Assembly: GCA_051294375.1 (NCBI GenBank)
Contig: CM119268.1
Coordinates: forward strand, 18,542,323 to 18,606,322
Direction: 5' to 3'
Origin: Paraspadella gotoi
Taxonomy: Eukaryota; Animalia; Chaetognatha
Length of the DNA: 64,000 bases
Shown: piece after piece, positions 45,956 to 59,737 of the stretch
Layout of the letters: each line of letters opens with the position of its first letter
Numbering within the stretch: the first letter of the stretch is position 1
Notes under the pieces: generated by a model
The model's input: the letters and a program-made list of their open reading frames with translations, nothing else
Told to the model about the DNA's origin: nothing
Databases searched by the model: none
Program-made: the position numbers and the translations under genes

Positions 45956-47149
45956 AGAGAGGAGAGAGAAGAGAGAGACATAGAGACTATACCAGTGATA
46001 AATTAATCTGAGATACTTTTATATTTCATCTTGGAAATACCTTCTTGGTTTTTTCATGTATTTTCAATTTGTTATGCTACGTGAATTGATAATTAATTAA
46101 TAAATTATTTTCATTAATTTAATTCCTCAAATCGTCCTATTTTTTTAACTCCAGAGTGATAACGACGACAACGATCGCCCTCTCCCGACTCGAGACAGAA
46201 AAACCTGCTTCTCGGTTTCCAAAAACTTCAGGTTTGGCCCTTTTTCTCAAATTTTTTTTCTTTTTTAAAATAAATTTAATTCTTCGTGTCTCGATACTGC
46301 AGAACCTTTCGCCACCGACCGTCGTCGACGGCTTCCAAAGCGGGGCGCCTGACGGACTCTTTGGGCCGCGAGTCCTGAAACAACGAACCATTTCCGGAAT
46401 TTTGCGTGGCGGAACACGCGCCTTTCCCAGAGCCGGGATCTAAGAAGTGGGAAAGATCTTACCGAGTCAAAGACCGTCAGCAAGGTCGGTCATTGCTAAT
46501 AGTAAGGACTAAGGTGGAAATGGTTTGACCGAGGTTTGCAGTGTTGAGTTGTTCGTCCTACAACCACACGTTTTGAAAAAAAAAATGGTTATAATATCAT
46601 CAACGCTCACTGACCACGCCGGTCGCCCGGCCTGCTGTTTCCTCTCTCTCGCCCTCCCCAACCCAGATGCAAGGAGCATGAAGCAGCCGGACTCACCAGA
46701 GCAGCCGGCGGCAAAGCCAACTCACCAAAAGCGTCAAAAACAAAGACCTTACCCTAAAACTCTACCCTGACCACACTGGGACCTAACGAACCAATCCACA
46801 GAAGACTAGAGAAGGGATCACATTGGGTCGGGGGGCCAATGGGGAACAAGGCAGGGAGTTTAGAGCGGTCCAGGAGCGGGAACTAGAAAGGAGAGATAGA
46901 GGCTTGATGTGATTTGGCTTGTCACTTGGTTCTTCTCTACTTTCTCTTCATGGCTCACAAAAATAGAAAGAGGCAAAGATTCATAACTCATTTAGATCAC
47001 AATTCCATGCTTCTATTTGTGATCACCACATTTTATTCTTCTGGAGAAAATAAAACTCCTTGTTTTCAGTTACTTCGAAGATCCTTAATTTCCTTTCCCT
47101 TCTTTTCCGTTATTTTTGACTCTCTTTGTATTTTTCCTCTCATCGGCTA

Positions 47150-50100
47150 ACGGCAGTTCAGTTAACGTCGATGTGGTTGTCACACACGAGATTGCGAAAG
47201 AAAACTTCGAAAATCGACCAATTATAAAACCATCGTCGAAAATCGAAAATCGCCCCACACGGCCCGCCGGGTGAGTCGCCAACCACGACCCGCTCCACCA
47301 AAGGAAAAAGGTTATTTTCGAAAGGCGAACAAAGTGCGCAAAACGAACAAACAAGAACTCTGAAGAACAGCCAAGATTGAACGTCATAAAGAAATCTGCG
47401 TCTTGGGCAAAACTGACGAAGGGCCCGTCCGATAAGCTCACGCAAAAAGGAGAAACGAAAACAGAAAGAAAATGGGCGGAGGAAAACATGCATCCATCGG
47501 ACCGACGCCCGACCAGGCCGTTACCGCGTCCGCAAGATCCATGATGGTAGGACATACCCTCGATCCCACGACTGGATGTCGATCAATGGCTCCCCGGAAG
47601 TCAAAGCGCAATACGCGCAAGGCCGACGACATCAACGACGTCACATCCGGACTTCAGCAAAATGACGGTAAACGACAATAAACAGCAGGGAAGACGACAA
47701 GGACACGGAGGCCGCGTTGAAAGATCTCCTCAGCGGAGGCGACTGCACCAAACTGGACTTCAACGAGAACCTACGAAACGGTCGCAAGCTGAAAAGGGCG
47801 GGAGGATCACTCCAATGGGCGTTCAAGAGAAATGCTCCGTCTAAGTAAACACGACAACAAGGTGGAAAACATAAAAGTTATCTGAAAAAGGTTCGGAACA
47901 GTTGCATAACACCGTGGAAGATCATAAAAAGACACGGTGACAAGACAAACAGCCAACATAACAGAAATAAATGAACTTGTTTGCGAGAAAACGACGGGAC
48001 GAGCTGACTTGACCGACGGACGACGGAGACCGCTGGAGACGGACCGTGACATCCGGAACATTTAAGACGGAGGCACTACAGCCGCGAACCCATACGCGAA
48101 CGATAGACGAGGACACTCCCCGTCGAGAAGTATGCCCAGCACCGCGAAGCAACGCCACAGAATCAAGCACGATAAGATAGAAAACACGAGCCGACGAAAA
48201 ACCCAGGATTTCCTACGAGGGATTTATCACAGTCCCTGCGAGAATGCAGGGTCGACGTCAACGAACGTGGAATGAACAACTCCAAGCCTTATTCACCAAG
48301 AGACTACGAGTCAGCTCGCTTTTCGTTGACATCCGATAGGCCGGAGTATTCTCTACAGAGACTATGCGACATCTTCGAGTCAACATCAATCTCAGCCTCA
48401 TAGGTGGCGGAGCGCATCGAAGTAAAAGTCGAAACCGGAAGGTACACGCGGAGCACGGCCTCGCCCTGGTTAACGAGGTATATCGGAAGGTTCGACGTCG
48501 TCGCACCGAGAACGAGGCGCAGTCCTCAGAGGCACACCGCAACGTCTGCTAACAAAGGCTTTGACACCCTAAACGCTCCAGGGATCGCACAAGAAGCGAT
48601 GGACTTCCGCTCCTACACATCGAAAAGCGAAAGAAAAACGGGAACTAGGGAAGCGAATCGAATGATCCTCCCGCGGATGGCTTTCGTGACCAACGGACAT
48701 CAGCGAAGGGGAAGACGCTTCATCAACTCCGTCAAGGACAACGACCTCAAGTCCTGAACCGAATCACCCTCCTCTGCCAGAAAGGATTAAAACGACAAGA
48801 ACCAGCGAAAGCGCACAAGCGCCCTCTACCAAGGGGCCCATGCTACAAAGGCAAATAACTCCCGAGAATTGCTGGAGAAGCTCACCAAAAGGACATGGCC
48901 ACCCTGATGAAAGAAAAGAAGGACGAAAAGAAGGACGACCGGGAATGGCGAGAAAAGCCCAAGCCGCGACTAAACCGCGCTAGAAATGAATGGCCGGAGA
49001 ACGTTGCGAAGAAAGGAACGAAGGCCACGGGAGAAAGATCGCTACAGGGGAAGAACCGAGGAACAAATTCGATTTTTTCCAGAACGTAGAGGATTTCCCT
49101 TGGGTGTGGGGATGACACTGAAAACGTTTGCTCTGATTAGCGAAATTGAAATTTCATGAAAAGTACAGAGAAGAAAATATCAGAAACGCACGAAATAGGC
49201 AGAGGTACATCCCAGGAAAGGAATGAAAGCGGCGAAAGTTGGCGCAGCAAGCCGCAGACGAAATAAAAGCAAAATTGGCAAAGAAATGCCACTAGGACAG
49301 AAAAATCAAACATATTATGGAACAGAATGCGCGAAAGCAGCACTAAAATTCACGACCGGAAAACAAGCCGCAGTACGCCTCCACAGCTTTTCAATCCGCT
49401 CAAGAAGTGAAAAAAAAGCTTAGCAACTAGAAATAGTAAAGGAAAGCCTACAGCCTTGAAAAACTGGGCGCTAAAAATGAAAAAAAAAAAAGAAAGCCCC
49501 TTTTTCTTTGTGAAAAGGGTTGAAAATAATGCAAGAAAATTGTGCAAAAAGAAAAGGAAAACAAATCACTCTCGCACGAACGTAAAGTGAAGGCGTAAAC
49601 AAAAGTGACCGAGAAACCGAGAGTAGAGACAACCCACGACGTTTGAGCAATTGCCAGCAGAAAAGGCACCCGACATACCAGGAGCAAAAAGGAAGGTCAC
49701 GACTGAATCGCAATAAGGCCGCAGTAGTCCACACTGAGCACAAGATTGGCAGGAAAGCGATCTTACCCGACACATCAGTTCCATCGTTGGTAAGTGCAGA
49801 AAGGACGAATCCCACCACCCAAGCTACAATAAGGAAAAGCAGAGATAAAGTGTCCCACGAAACCAAGAAGTGTTCCATAGGGACGAGAAAATAATTACCC
49901 TCCGGAGAATCAAAAGGTGAAATGGAACCCCTCCCTTACCAACGATATCCGCCGCAAACCCACCCGCCCCACCCACGAAAACGACCGCGCCCCCAGGGAT
50001 GACACAAAAAAAAAATCCTTCACAGCAACAGCTACATCCAGCAGTAAGTAGGAGGAAGCCCAGCAAGCTGCCTGTACGACACAGAGCCGTCCGATAAACA

Positions 50101-51470
50101 CTATCCGAAGAAGTTTTGTAGACGAATGGTCAATGAACGAACAAAATCTACTCTGGCCCCGCCACTCCGAGTAATCAACGGGAAACGGAAACGTCGTCAT
50201 CCGAGCCTGCAATCAAAAAATTCTCAGAGTCCCATGTTCCAAAAACTGGAATACTGGACACAACCTTCTTCATATCCCCAGACGAAGAGGACAGGGACGT
50301 ATAATCGGAACAGCCACAACCGACCCAGGGCCAGCCAATGAGATGTTGGATCGTCTCCCCAGCCGAAAAGCAAGGTCTACAAGTAGCTGCACATGGCGGG
50401 GAACGCGGTTACGCACCTCTTTAAGGACAAACAGTCAGTCTAAAAGCGGCAAGATGCTTGCCAGAAGGATGTGTTGACGAGAAAACACAGGTAACCCACT
50501 CTAATGCAGAGAAAAACGAGGCAGAACCTCGTAGTAAGAGCAAGCCAGGGTTTAAACTGGAAGTCACTCGCTGAGGCAAGTGGATCCTACAATCCCGGGA
50601 CGGAGAAACGGCTTGGCACAGTTCAGGCGAGCACCTCAAACAAAGGGGTGGAACTGGAGGCGAAACCCGGCGAAGGGGAGAAAGCAAAATTAATTGTCAC
50701 GGAAGAAGCTAAGACGGATTTAACCTGGACCCGGACCTGCATCGCGAAGAACCAGTCCAGAAGCAGATTTAACGGGGGAAGAGGACCAAAATTAGACGAG
50801 TGCGAAAAGAGAACAACCGCCAGACATAAGATTATTAAAACACACGCCGTCAGAGGCAGAATTAAGGAGCGGTAGAAGAAGCGAGAAAAAGGAGCCGCCA
50901 AAGAAACACGACGACAGAGGGAAAGAACGAATTCCTACGCCCCATTTAAAGAGACGACCCATCCCCTCATTGACAAAGCCTCCCATAGTTTGGGAAACAG
51001 TCTGGGGAATTCATGAGACGTTTTTGGGGAAATTCAAATAAACGACTGCAAAAATGAGGGATTCCTAAACTATAGGGTCGACCTTGGGTACACCAACTGA
51101 AGGCTTAACCAAAACCAACGATTCGTAAATCAAGGCCCAGTGAAAAAGGCAGCCCTCAAAAGAATCTTGAAGTCTACGAAAAGCTGGAGTTCGTTTTCCA
51201 GAACATCTGGGGAAAGCTTACTCCGAATGCCCTTCTTTAATAAGAAACCGAATCACATCGCCAACGGCCAAGACCAAATGGACGATGAACAATTTCGCGA
51301 AACAATGGAGGCTAATCTGCGACTTAATCAGCAGTAAATGATAACATTTCCACCTTCGCAACGGAACCGTCAGACTAATTGCCTCAAAATCTTAGGAAGG
51401 GAATTATAAACCTCACGAACTAACAATGTTCGGCGGTCGGACATATTGGGCTGTTTCATTTCATTCCCAC
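47150..51470 (+). mobile_element. Coding-like, frameshift-ridden insert in iGluR intron 4 (possible retroelement or viral relic)
   Basis: Microsatellite-free, GC-richer, A-skewed on the + strand, with many short protein-like ORF fragments. No RT, integrase or LTR motif recognised. Confidence 0.3.
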
Positions 51471-51535
51471 CAACACGCAGGTTCTCTCTCTTCTCTCTCT
51501 CCTTTTCTCTCTCTCCTCTCTCCCACCTCCGTCTC

Positions 51536-51585
<50 letters not shown>

Positions 51586-52039
51586 ATGCATTGCAATAAC
51601 TTGTTTTTTTAAAAAGACACTTTTTTAGTTTAAATTACAGAGAGAGAAAATCAGAACTGTTGAAGAAACAACACTATATATTGAAAAAAAAAAGCTTTAA
51701 GAAGTGAAAGGGAAAAAAAAGAAAAAGAAAAAAAGAAAAAATTACGCGAGAAAATAAAGGAATAAGTGGCGGCGCTAATTAAACGCGTTGGAAACACTTT
51801 TTTTCTCGGGTATCTTCGCATTTGTTGTTGTTGTTGTCGTCGGTCGTTATTGTCGTTGTTGGTTGTTGTTGTCATAGTGGGTCCTCAATGCCAGTCGTCG
51901 TTCTTATTGTCGTCGTCGTCGTCGTCGTCAACGCCGGTACACGTCCACTGAACGACGTCGAGAGCGACGACGTTTACTGTTTTTTTTAATTATTGTTTCA
52001 TTTATAATTGTTCTTAAATAATTTATCACGTTTTTTTAG

Positions 52040-52153
52040 TATCTGCTGACGACTCTGGACATGACGAGCGCCATCTCCGAATTGGGTTCGCTCAAAGAAT
52101 CCGCTGACGCACAAATCATCGCCTTCAGACTCATCAATCCAGAGAACCCTGTA
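52040..52153 (+). CDS. Kainate-type iGluR exon 5
   Basis: TTTTTTTAG|TAT acceptor. Encodes YLLTTLDMTSAISELGSLKESADAQIIAFRLINPENPV (cf. YxxTTLD...FRIL). GTA|GTGAGT donor, 114 nt, phase 0/0. Confidence 0.9.
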
Positions 52154-52822
52154 GTGAGTAGAGGGACGACTGGGTAATTCCGGGCAAACGATTAAAATTT
52201 GGTTCACTTTTAGTTGTTCGCAAGTAATAAGGTCTAGAAATAGAAGGGATAAAAGTTATGTTTTTGATAAATAACATTAATGAATTAAAATGGACCTAAC
52301 TCCTGATGAAGATAATAATGGAAAAAAGATGATATCAGGTGAGATTTTTGAAGATAAGGAAAAGAAAGAAAGAACTCCTATCCCTCTGCATTAATAAATT
52401 AATAAAATGAACCAATGAAAATACTTTAATAAATTTATTTTCAAATTACTACCCCCATTGAGCTATATTTGAAATAGTAATAACTAATAAGTATATTACA
52501 GGCTAAAAATGCAAAAGAAGGGGTAATTCTATATTATTTTTATTCTACACTATTCACTAATAGATATAATATATAATGTAAAATATTTGTACAATTTTTA
52601 TATAATTTATATATAATATATAATACAAAATGCAAAAGCTAGGGTAATTCTATATTATTTTTTTTCTACACTATTCACTAATAGATATAATATATAATAA
52701 ATAAATTTTGATTTTAAACTCTATCTGCCTCACCCCATCAATATCTTTCACCCCTTTCACTCTCCCTTACCCCATCAACCTCTCCCACCCCTCCCGCTCT
52801 CTCCCCAACCCCATCATCCCAG

Positions 52823-52984
52823 GTGAAGGAGGTCTACATCGATTGGCTGCTCGAAGAGACCCGCAGCGGACGGAGTCCTCTGGCGGGAAATCACGGCATC
52901 CGTGTCGAGACGGCGCTCATCGTCGACGCGCTGCTCATCTTCGCTCGTGCCCTTCACGCTTTGGAGACGCAAGGGGGCGTGGAG
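52823..52984 (+). CDS. Kainate-type iGluR exon 6
   Basis: CCCAG|GTG acceptor. Encodes VKEVYIDWLLEETRSGRSPLAGNHGIRVETALIVDALLIFARALHALETQGGVE (cf. xTALxxDAVxxFAxAL helix). GAG|GTGAGA donor, 162 nt. Confidence 0.9.
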
Positions 52985-53108
52985 GTGAGAGTAGAGGGGG
53001 GTGTATGGGGTGGGGGATGAAGAAAGAAGGGCTGAAGGTAAGAAGGGTGCCGACTGGTGAGTGAGGCTTGGATTGAAAGAATGATGTTCAGTGAGTCTGT
53101 GAATAAAT

Positions 53109-53210
53109 TAAAATAAAATAAAATAAAATAAAATAAAATAAAATAAAATAAAATAAAATAAAATAAAATAAAATAAAATAAAATAAAATAAAATAAAATA
53201 AAATAAAATA
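53109..53210. repeat. (AAAAT)n microsatellite
   Basis: Directly visible. Confidence 0.95.
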
Positions 53211-53872
53211 GAATTTGGATGGGCGACGGGATAAGAACTGGAGGAGTTGATGATGTGGTGAAATGGTGAGGTGAGAAAAGGTTGAAAAAAAAAACGATCA
53301 CAATCCCGATCCTCCGTTTTGGTCATTCACCCTCAAAAATTAAAATATTTAGTATTTCGTATTATTGAGAGGAAAAACTAAGACTTAAAAAAGTCAATTC
53401 ACGCTTACCTTTCTTTCGTTCTTAGTATGTTAAACATTAACTTATTATTAAAGAAGAAAAAAACTACGTCTCTATGTGTCACGCATCTCTCAAACAGCCT
53501 TTCACGCCGCCCATCAAATTAACTCCCTCACAAACTTTAAAACCATTTCCTCGCCCATCTGCAAAACCATCTGTCTCCCAACGCCTCCGTCGCTTTCCGA
53601 CGTCTTGGCGTCTTGAGTTTTGCTCGTTTCTCACCAAAAGAATTCCGGTTCACCGGTGGGCGTGGTCTCGATAATCATCATCGTCATCATTATCATCATC
53701 ATCATCATCATCAGAATCATATCATCAACATCATGTATCTCAAAACCATATGAGCGAAAGATAACACTTGTTCTACGCCCATTGCTTTTCGCCGCAGTTA
53801 CTTTACTCCTCCCGTCTCTCTCTCTCTCTCTTCTCCTCTCTCTTCTCTCTCTCTTCTCTCTCCTCTCCCTCT

Positions 53873-53909
<37 letters not shown>

Positions 53910-53999
53910 CCTCCCCGTCATTCTGTCGTTTATCATTTCCATCGCGTTTCCTCTTTATGTCATCCTCAGTTTTATCACTTTTATTCGGTAAACCGATGC

Positions 54000-54386
54000 T
54001 TTTCTTCTCTCCTTTCCTTCTCTTTTTTCCTTCTCTCCTTTTCCTTCTCTCCTTTTCCCACTCTCCTTTCCTTCACTCCTTTTCCTTCTCTATTCTCCTT
54101 CTATCCTTTTCCTACTCTCCTTTCCTTCTCTCCTTTTCCTTCTCTCCTTTCCTTCTCTACTTTCCTTCTCTTTTTTCATTCTCTCCTTTCCTTCTCTCTT
54201 TTTCTCTTCTTCAATCGTTATCTTTTTTTTCTTTTTTTTTTACTAGTATCCCGTTTCTATCGGATTTTTTCCCCTTTTCTATTTATCCTCGTTATTTCCA
54301 CATTTTCCTTTCTTTTTTTTCACCGCATTTTTTATTTTTTTTATTTTCGTCATTTCTCGTTTTTTCTCCTCGCGTTATTCAGTTTT

Positions 54387-54434
<48 letters not shown>

Positions 54435-54435
54435 T

Positions 54436-54479
<44 letters not shown>

Positions 54480-54510
54480 TTTTTACTTTCTTTCTTTCTT
54501 TCTTTTTCTT
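54000..54510. repeat. Pyrimidine minisatellite and (TTTC)n tract
   Basis: Repeated TTCTCTCCTTTCC units followed by (TTTC)n. Confidence 0.85.
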
Positions 54511-54613
54511 TGTTTTTTTTCCTGTCCTATTTGTCGATTTTACATCCAACGCATTCAAGCCGTTTATTTCCCTTTTCTTTTGACGTCTCTCCCGATCCCC
54601 TCCTTTCCCCCTT

Positions 54614-54704
<91 letters not shown>

Positions 54705-54879
54705 TTATTTACGATCCATTACTTTCCTTCTTTTTCCCCTCTCCCTTTTTCGCCCTTTATTTATTTTCTTTTTCTCGATCAATTCCGCCAAAGATTCTCG
54801 CGTTTTTATCTCTCACTTTGGATCTTTTGTTTGTTTACGTCCGAGACAGAGAGAGAGCAGAGAGAGAGAGGAGAGGGAG

Positions 54880-54917
<38 letters not shown>

Positions 54918-55170
54918 GGTTTTCCCACAGAAACTCCATTTACCTTCCCATGCATAATTTATAGCACGTGTTACATGACAAAAGAGACAATGGGAGAGGG
55001 AGTAGTTATTCCGTTAAGTTATTTCAAATATTTTATATTGTATATTAAGTATGAAGCGGCGTAAATAAAATAATGGAGCACTCCGTCAGGATTGAAAATT
55101 TAATAATTAATATCTTTTTCTGAATGACTCTCTCTTTTCTCTCTCTCTCTCTCTCTTCTCTCTTCTCTCT

Positions 55171-55203
<33 letters not shown>

Positions 55204-55985
55204 TTTGTAACGAGCCGCTTGAATCGCCGCTCTCGCCCCTGATTTAAGGAGCGGCGGCAGCTGTCAAAATCAGCCGCGCGAAAAACGGAAAAATAAATAA
55301 GGGGCCGACGTAGAAAATAAAATCAATAATAGAAAATAAAAGGGAAACGAATCGATGCTACTTCTTCCGTTCAACTGAATTCCGATTGAAAAACAAAAAA
55401 ATAAAAATAAAGAGAAATCGATTTTTTTTGTTGCGCGAAAATTGCGTCTGTCGAGAAGAAAGACTCGGAGGAAGGAAATTGAAGGGTCAGATGGAGAGAA
55501 CTGCTTGGTGCTCGGTGCTTGGTGCTTGATTTAGACCTTCGACGCCTCGATGGTCAACTCTTGCCTTATGGAGTCATCGAGGGAATAAAAATTTAGTCTG
55601 TAATCGTTAGTCGAACTTTTAATTCTATTTTTAAAAAGAGTTACTTTAATGTCTTCATATTCGCACATAAGAAGATTATAAATAATTTTTGTCTCAAATA
55701 TAAATCATGTTCGTCTGTGAACACTTGGTTATCTCTTCTTATACATTGTCTCATTGTCTCAGTAATCCTCCAAGTCACGTTGTCATCTTCTTCGTAATTT
55801 CCCCTCTGTCATCATCTCTGTCATCTTCTCAGTCATTCCCTTCATCATCTTCTCGCGTCCTTTCTTCGTTTCCCTCGCTTAGCCCCGTCGTCGAACGGGG
55901 AGCGCCTCAGCTTGGAGCGAAAACGTTTTGGATTAAAAACCGATTTCAGACAAGAAAAAAATATCCCCCTTTCTCGGAAATGAAG

Positions 55986-56054
<69 letters not shown>

Positions 56055-56101
56055 CGAGCGGAAACGTCAAAACGCATTCGTTCTCAAAAGACCAAGTCAA
56101 G

Positions 56102-56223
56102 AGTCGGTTTATCGGAAATTCTAAATCGACGCCGACGCTCTGCGGCGCCGGTGATACGTGGGCGTCGGTAGCGGCGACGGAGCCGCGTCGCTGCGGAACC
56201 GAATGAGGGCGTGGCCGGCGTGG
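56102..56223 (+). CDS. Candidate iGluR exon 7 (needs a 1-nt frameshift correction)
   Basis: Adding one G to the GGG run at 56160-56162 gives STPTLCGAGDTWGVGSGDGAASLRNRMRAW, resembling the C-x5-W..G.SL.N.M segment expected next in the ATD. Splice sites are weak and uncertain. Confidence 0.3.
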
Positions 56224-56519
56224 GTGACGCCGCTTGGCTCCGGAAAACGAAAGTGGGCGTGGGCGAAGATGGTTGACGAGAACGTCGATTTTTTAGTTCA
56301 ATGCCAAGGATTTGAAAGGCTTTCTGCACTTTATTTAAATAAAGAATATTATAATACGTAGAATATAGAATTAGAATATTAGAATATGAGTTCATCCTCT
56401 CCCCCATTACATGTTAATTACCTATCACACTATCTCTCCGATTTTATTAATATCAAAATTTAAAAACTGATATTCCAATCATTTCGTAATTTCTTCAAAT
56501 TATGACGATCCAATTCTCT

Positions 56520-56760
56520 ATTCAATTCTATTCTATTCTATCAATGAAGGAAGTCGGCTTCGTTGCTATTCTGTTCTATTTTATTCTATTCTATTCTATA
56601 TTTTATATTCTATTCTGTTCTATTTTATTCTAATCTATTTTATTCTATTCTATTCTGTTTTATTCTAATCTATTCTATTCTATTCTATTTTTTTAATGTA
56701 TTTTATTCTATTCTTTACAATATTTTCTATTTTATTTTCTATTCTCTATTCTCTATTTTC
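56520..56760. repeat. Degenerate (TTCTA)n microsatellite
   Basis: Directly visible. Confidence 0.85.
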
Positions 56761-58999
56761 TCCTTCATTCTCATACCTTCTCCCTTCGAAGCCGACACAG
56801 AAGAGGGAATGAGGCGTCGAGAGCGAAAAAGAAGCCGACAGGATTTGCCGACAGGATTTGCCGACAAGAATGAAAGGAAGCGACGGGGATAAAAAGTGTT
56901 GACTCGTTTAATTATTCATTAGGTTTTAGACTTTTTCTTTTTTAATTCGAGCATCGGATCTTTTTCTCTTTTTCTTTCTCTTTATATTTCTTTGACTGTT
57001 TTGTATCAAAAAAAAAATGAAAGAAATTAAAAATAAAAGAGAAAAAGAAGAAAAACAAAGAAAAAGAGAGAAAAAAGATGTAAAAAAAAGGTAAATAATT
57101 AGTAAGGACGTAAGTAGCATTTGATTTGGTCGTAAAAAGGCTCACTTTTAGGTAAAATCGCCTCCATTAACTCACGAACTCTATTCAAGCAATAAAAGTT
57201 TCATTAAGTGTTTTAGCGATTTACTGTTTGTCACTCAAAACCTAATTTTCACTCATTTAATTTCCTTTGGTCGTTTTTTTTTATGTTATGGGAAAGGAAC
57301 AGCAAGACGAGGCAAGGCAAGGAAAGGCAAGGCATGTCGGCACACCAATGATGGGTAATAAAGAAAAGGATTTTTGTTTCAACCCAAACGTTTTTGCTTC
57401 TCCTTTTATGGCCACAAAAAATGCCTTTTCCTTCAGGCCTTACCTAATTTCTTTTGTCCTTATTTCCTTTTCTTTTTTCATTTTTTCAGGTTTTTTTCGC
57501 ACGTTTTATGTCGTCACTTATTAGTATTGCTTCTCTTCTAATCCTTATTTTTACAGGTTTTATTGTGCAAATGTGCTTAAATTTGGCTACGTTTCTTTTC
57601 GAAGTTTTAACTGTCATTTTAATTGTCGTTGTACTAATTTTGTACAGTTTTTTACGGAGAGAGTCTCGTGATTGATTTACAATGTAAAAATCTCTTTATG
57701 AAGGACCCATAGAGTNNNNNNNNNNTCGTAGCGACCCAGATCTGCGCCACTGTAGTGCGACGAATCGCTAGAGGCGTTGGCGTCGGGACTCAGCACCGCC
57801 TCCGGCGAGCGAGAACGCGAGCAAAAGTAAACAAAGACTCGGAACTAATCAGTCGAAAATTCATTTAAATTCAAAATAACGAACAAACGAAAAAAATTCA
57901 TTTAAAACGTTCGCCTCCAAAAAGAGTTGTTATAAATGTCGATTTCTTTGTCCTTGTCAACGTCGTTATGTCGTNNNNNNNNNNNNNNNNNNNNNNNNNN
58001 NNNNNNNNNNNNNNNNNNNNNNNNNNNNNNNNNNNNNNNNNNNNNNNNNNNNNNNNNNNNNNNNNNNNNNNNNNNNNNNNNNNNNNNNNNNNNNNNNNNN
58101 NNNNNNNNNNNNNNNNNNNNNNNTGTTCGAAGGCGTAAAGACTTTCTTTACTAATTTTTTTTTTCTAAGTAATTCCGTATTTTTTTTAATCTGGATTAAA
58201 ACGACACCTGCGCTTAATACGTTGCCGAGAGACAAACGACTTTGTTGCTCGGTAGTATTAAGTAGTTGTATTAGTAGCCGCATCAGCAGTTGTATCGCCG
58301 TACATATTTTCCTTTTATTACTTCATTTTCATACACCGCGTATTTTTAATCATCAGTCAACTGTCAATAATGTTTCAGTCAATGTAAACTTTTCATTCCA
58401 AGTCAACGACAGCGTCATTTTTAACGAAACACGTCGGAACAGTTTACGACAAAGTTTCTCAACTAAAAAGGAAAAAGGAAAACGACATCTTGACCGAATT
58501 TCTTTTCTCATAATTTAGACGTCATTTTCTATTTCGTCACCTGAGCCAAAGAGAAATCGCCGACTCCGCCATCCTCTGTACCCTGCATCCCACGTCGCCT
58601 GCCCAAACGAGTACGACCTGTGGGGGAGAATGTTTGCGAATTAGTTTTTTAATATGAAACATGAAAAAATATGAAACTTTAAAAGACACTATCTCNNNNN
58701 NNNNNNNNNNNNNNNNNNNNNNNNNNNNNNNNNNNNNNNNNNNNNNNNNNNNNNNNNNNNNNNNNNNNNNNNNNNNNNNNNNNNNNNNNNNNNNNNNNNN
58801 NNNNNNNNNNNNNNNNNNNNNNNNNNNNNNNNNNNNNNNNNNNNNNNNNNNNNNNNNNNNNNNNNNNNNNNNNNNNNNNNNNNNNNNNNNNNNNNNNNNN
58901 NNNTTTTTTTCTTTTCCTGTTTTTCGAGTTTTGTTTGTATGTTTGGGGTTTTACCTTTCCTCGCCGCGTTTTTATTTCTGTATTTTTAGTGCCTTTCGG

Positions 59000-59030
<31 letters not shown>

Positions 59031-59737
59031 CAAAATCTGTTTTTGTTTTCGAGATTCTCGATGGAGTTATATTTCGGGTTTTTATTTCCTTCCGCTAATA
59101 ATATCGAAATGTTTTTGCCAAATGTTTCGATGCGAAATTCCGAGGTCAGAATGATAATTGCGATCTTCTTCTCCAGAAAAGAGAAAAACAATTTCGAATC
59201 GACTATCTTTTCCTTAAGCACCGCATTTCAGTTTAAATTCGGAATTAAGTTTTCTTTCAGGTTTAAAGATAAAGTTAGAGGTTAGGATCAGGATATGGTT
59301 AGGGATAGCGCCACTCAATGGGTGATTCAAAAATTTAGAATGAGTACATGCTCAAACAAAAATTTATATATTTTTAAGTATACTTTTAATGGACAAAAAA
59401 AAAGGATATAGCTCTATACATAAATAATTATTTTTTTAATATTCATTTATAGATAGGAAATGCCAAAATTCTTTGGGAAAATTTTTTAATTTTAAAACCA
59501 GATTCAAATAGCTCATAAAAAGTTGTCTGCACTAAGTATAATTATTTTTTAAATATTTTTATAATAACAAAATTTTCATCATCATCATTTTTCGATGATT
59601 TATCAGTTTTTATATATTTTTACTTAAAAAATGTAGCAATTTTTAAAAGCTGTAATTGTATTTCTTAACTTTTTATGCTCTATCACTATCAGAATCCATC
59701 AAAAAATTTTAAGATTCCAAAAAAAAAAATTATAATG

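Noticed and set aside
57766-57810. CTCF-like (CGCTAGAGGCG) and RE1 half-site-like (TCAGCACC) motifs
   Set aside because: Partial matches only, expected by chance, and next to an assembly gap.
57966-59221. ORFs spanning long N runs (also 30237-30995 and 39912-40231)
   Set aside because: They are open only because N codons contain no stops.
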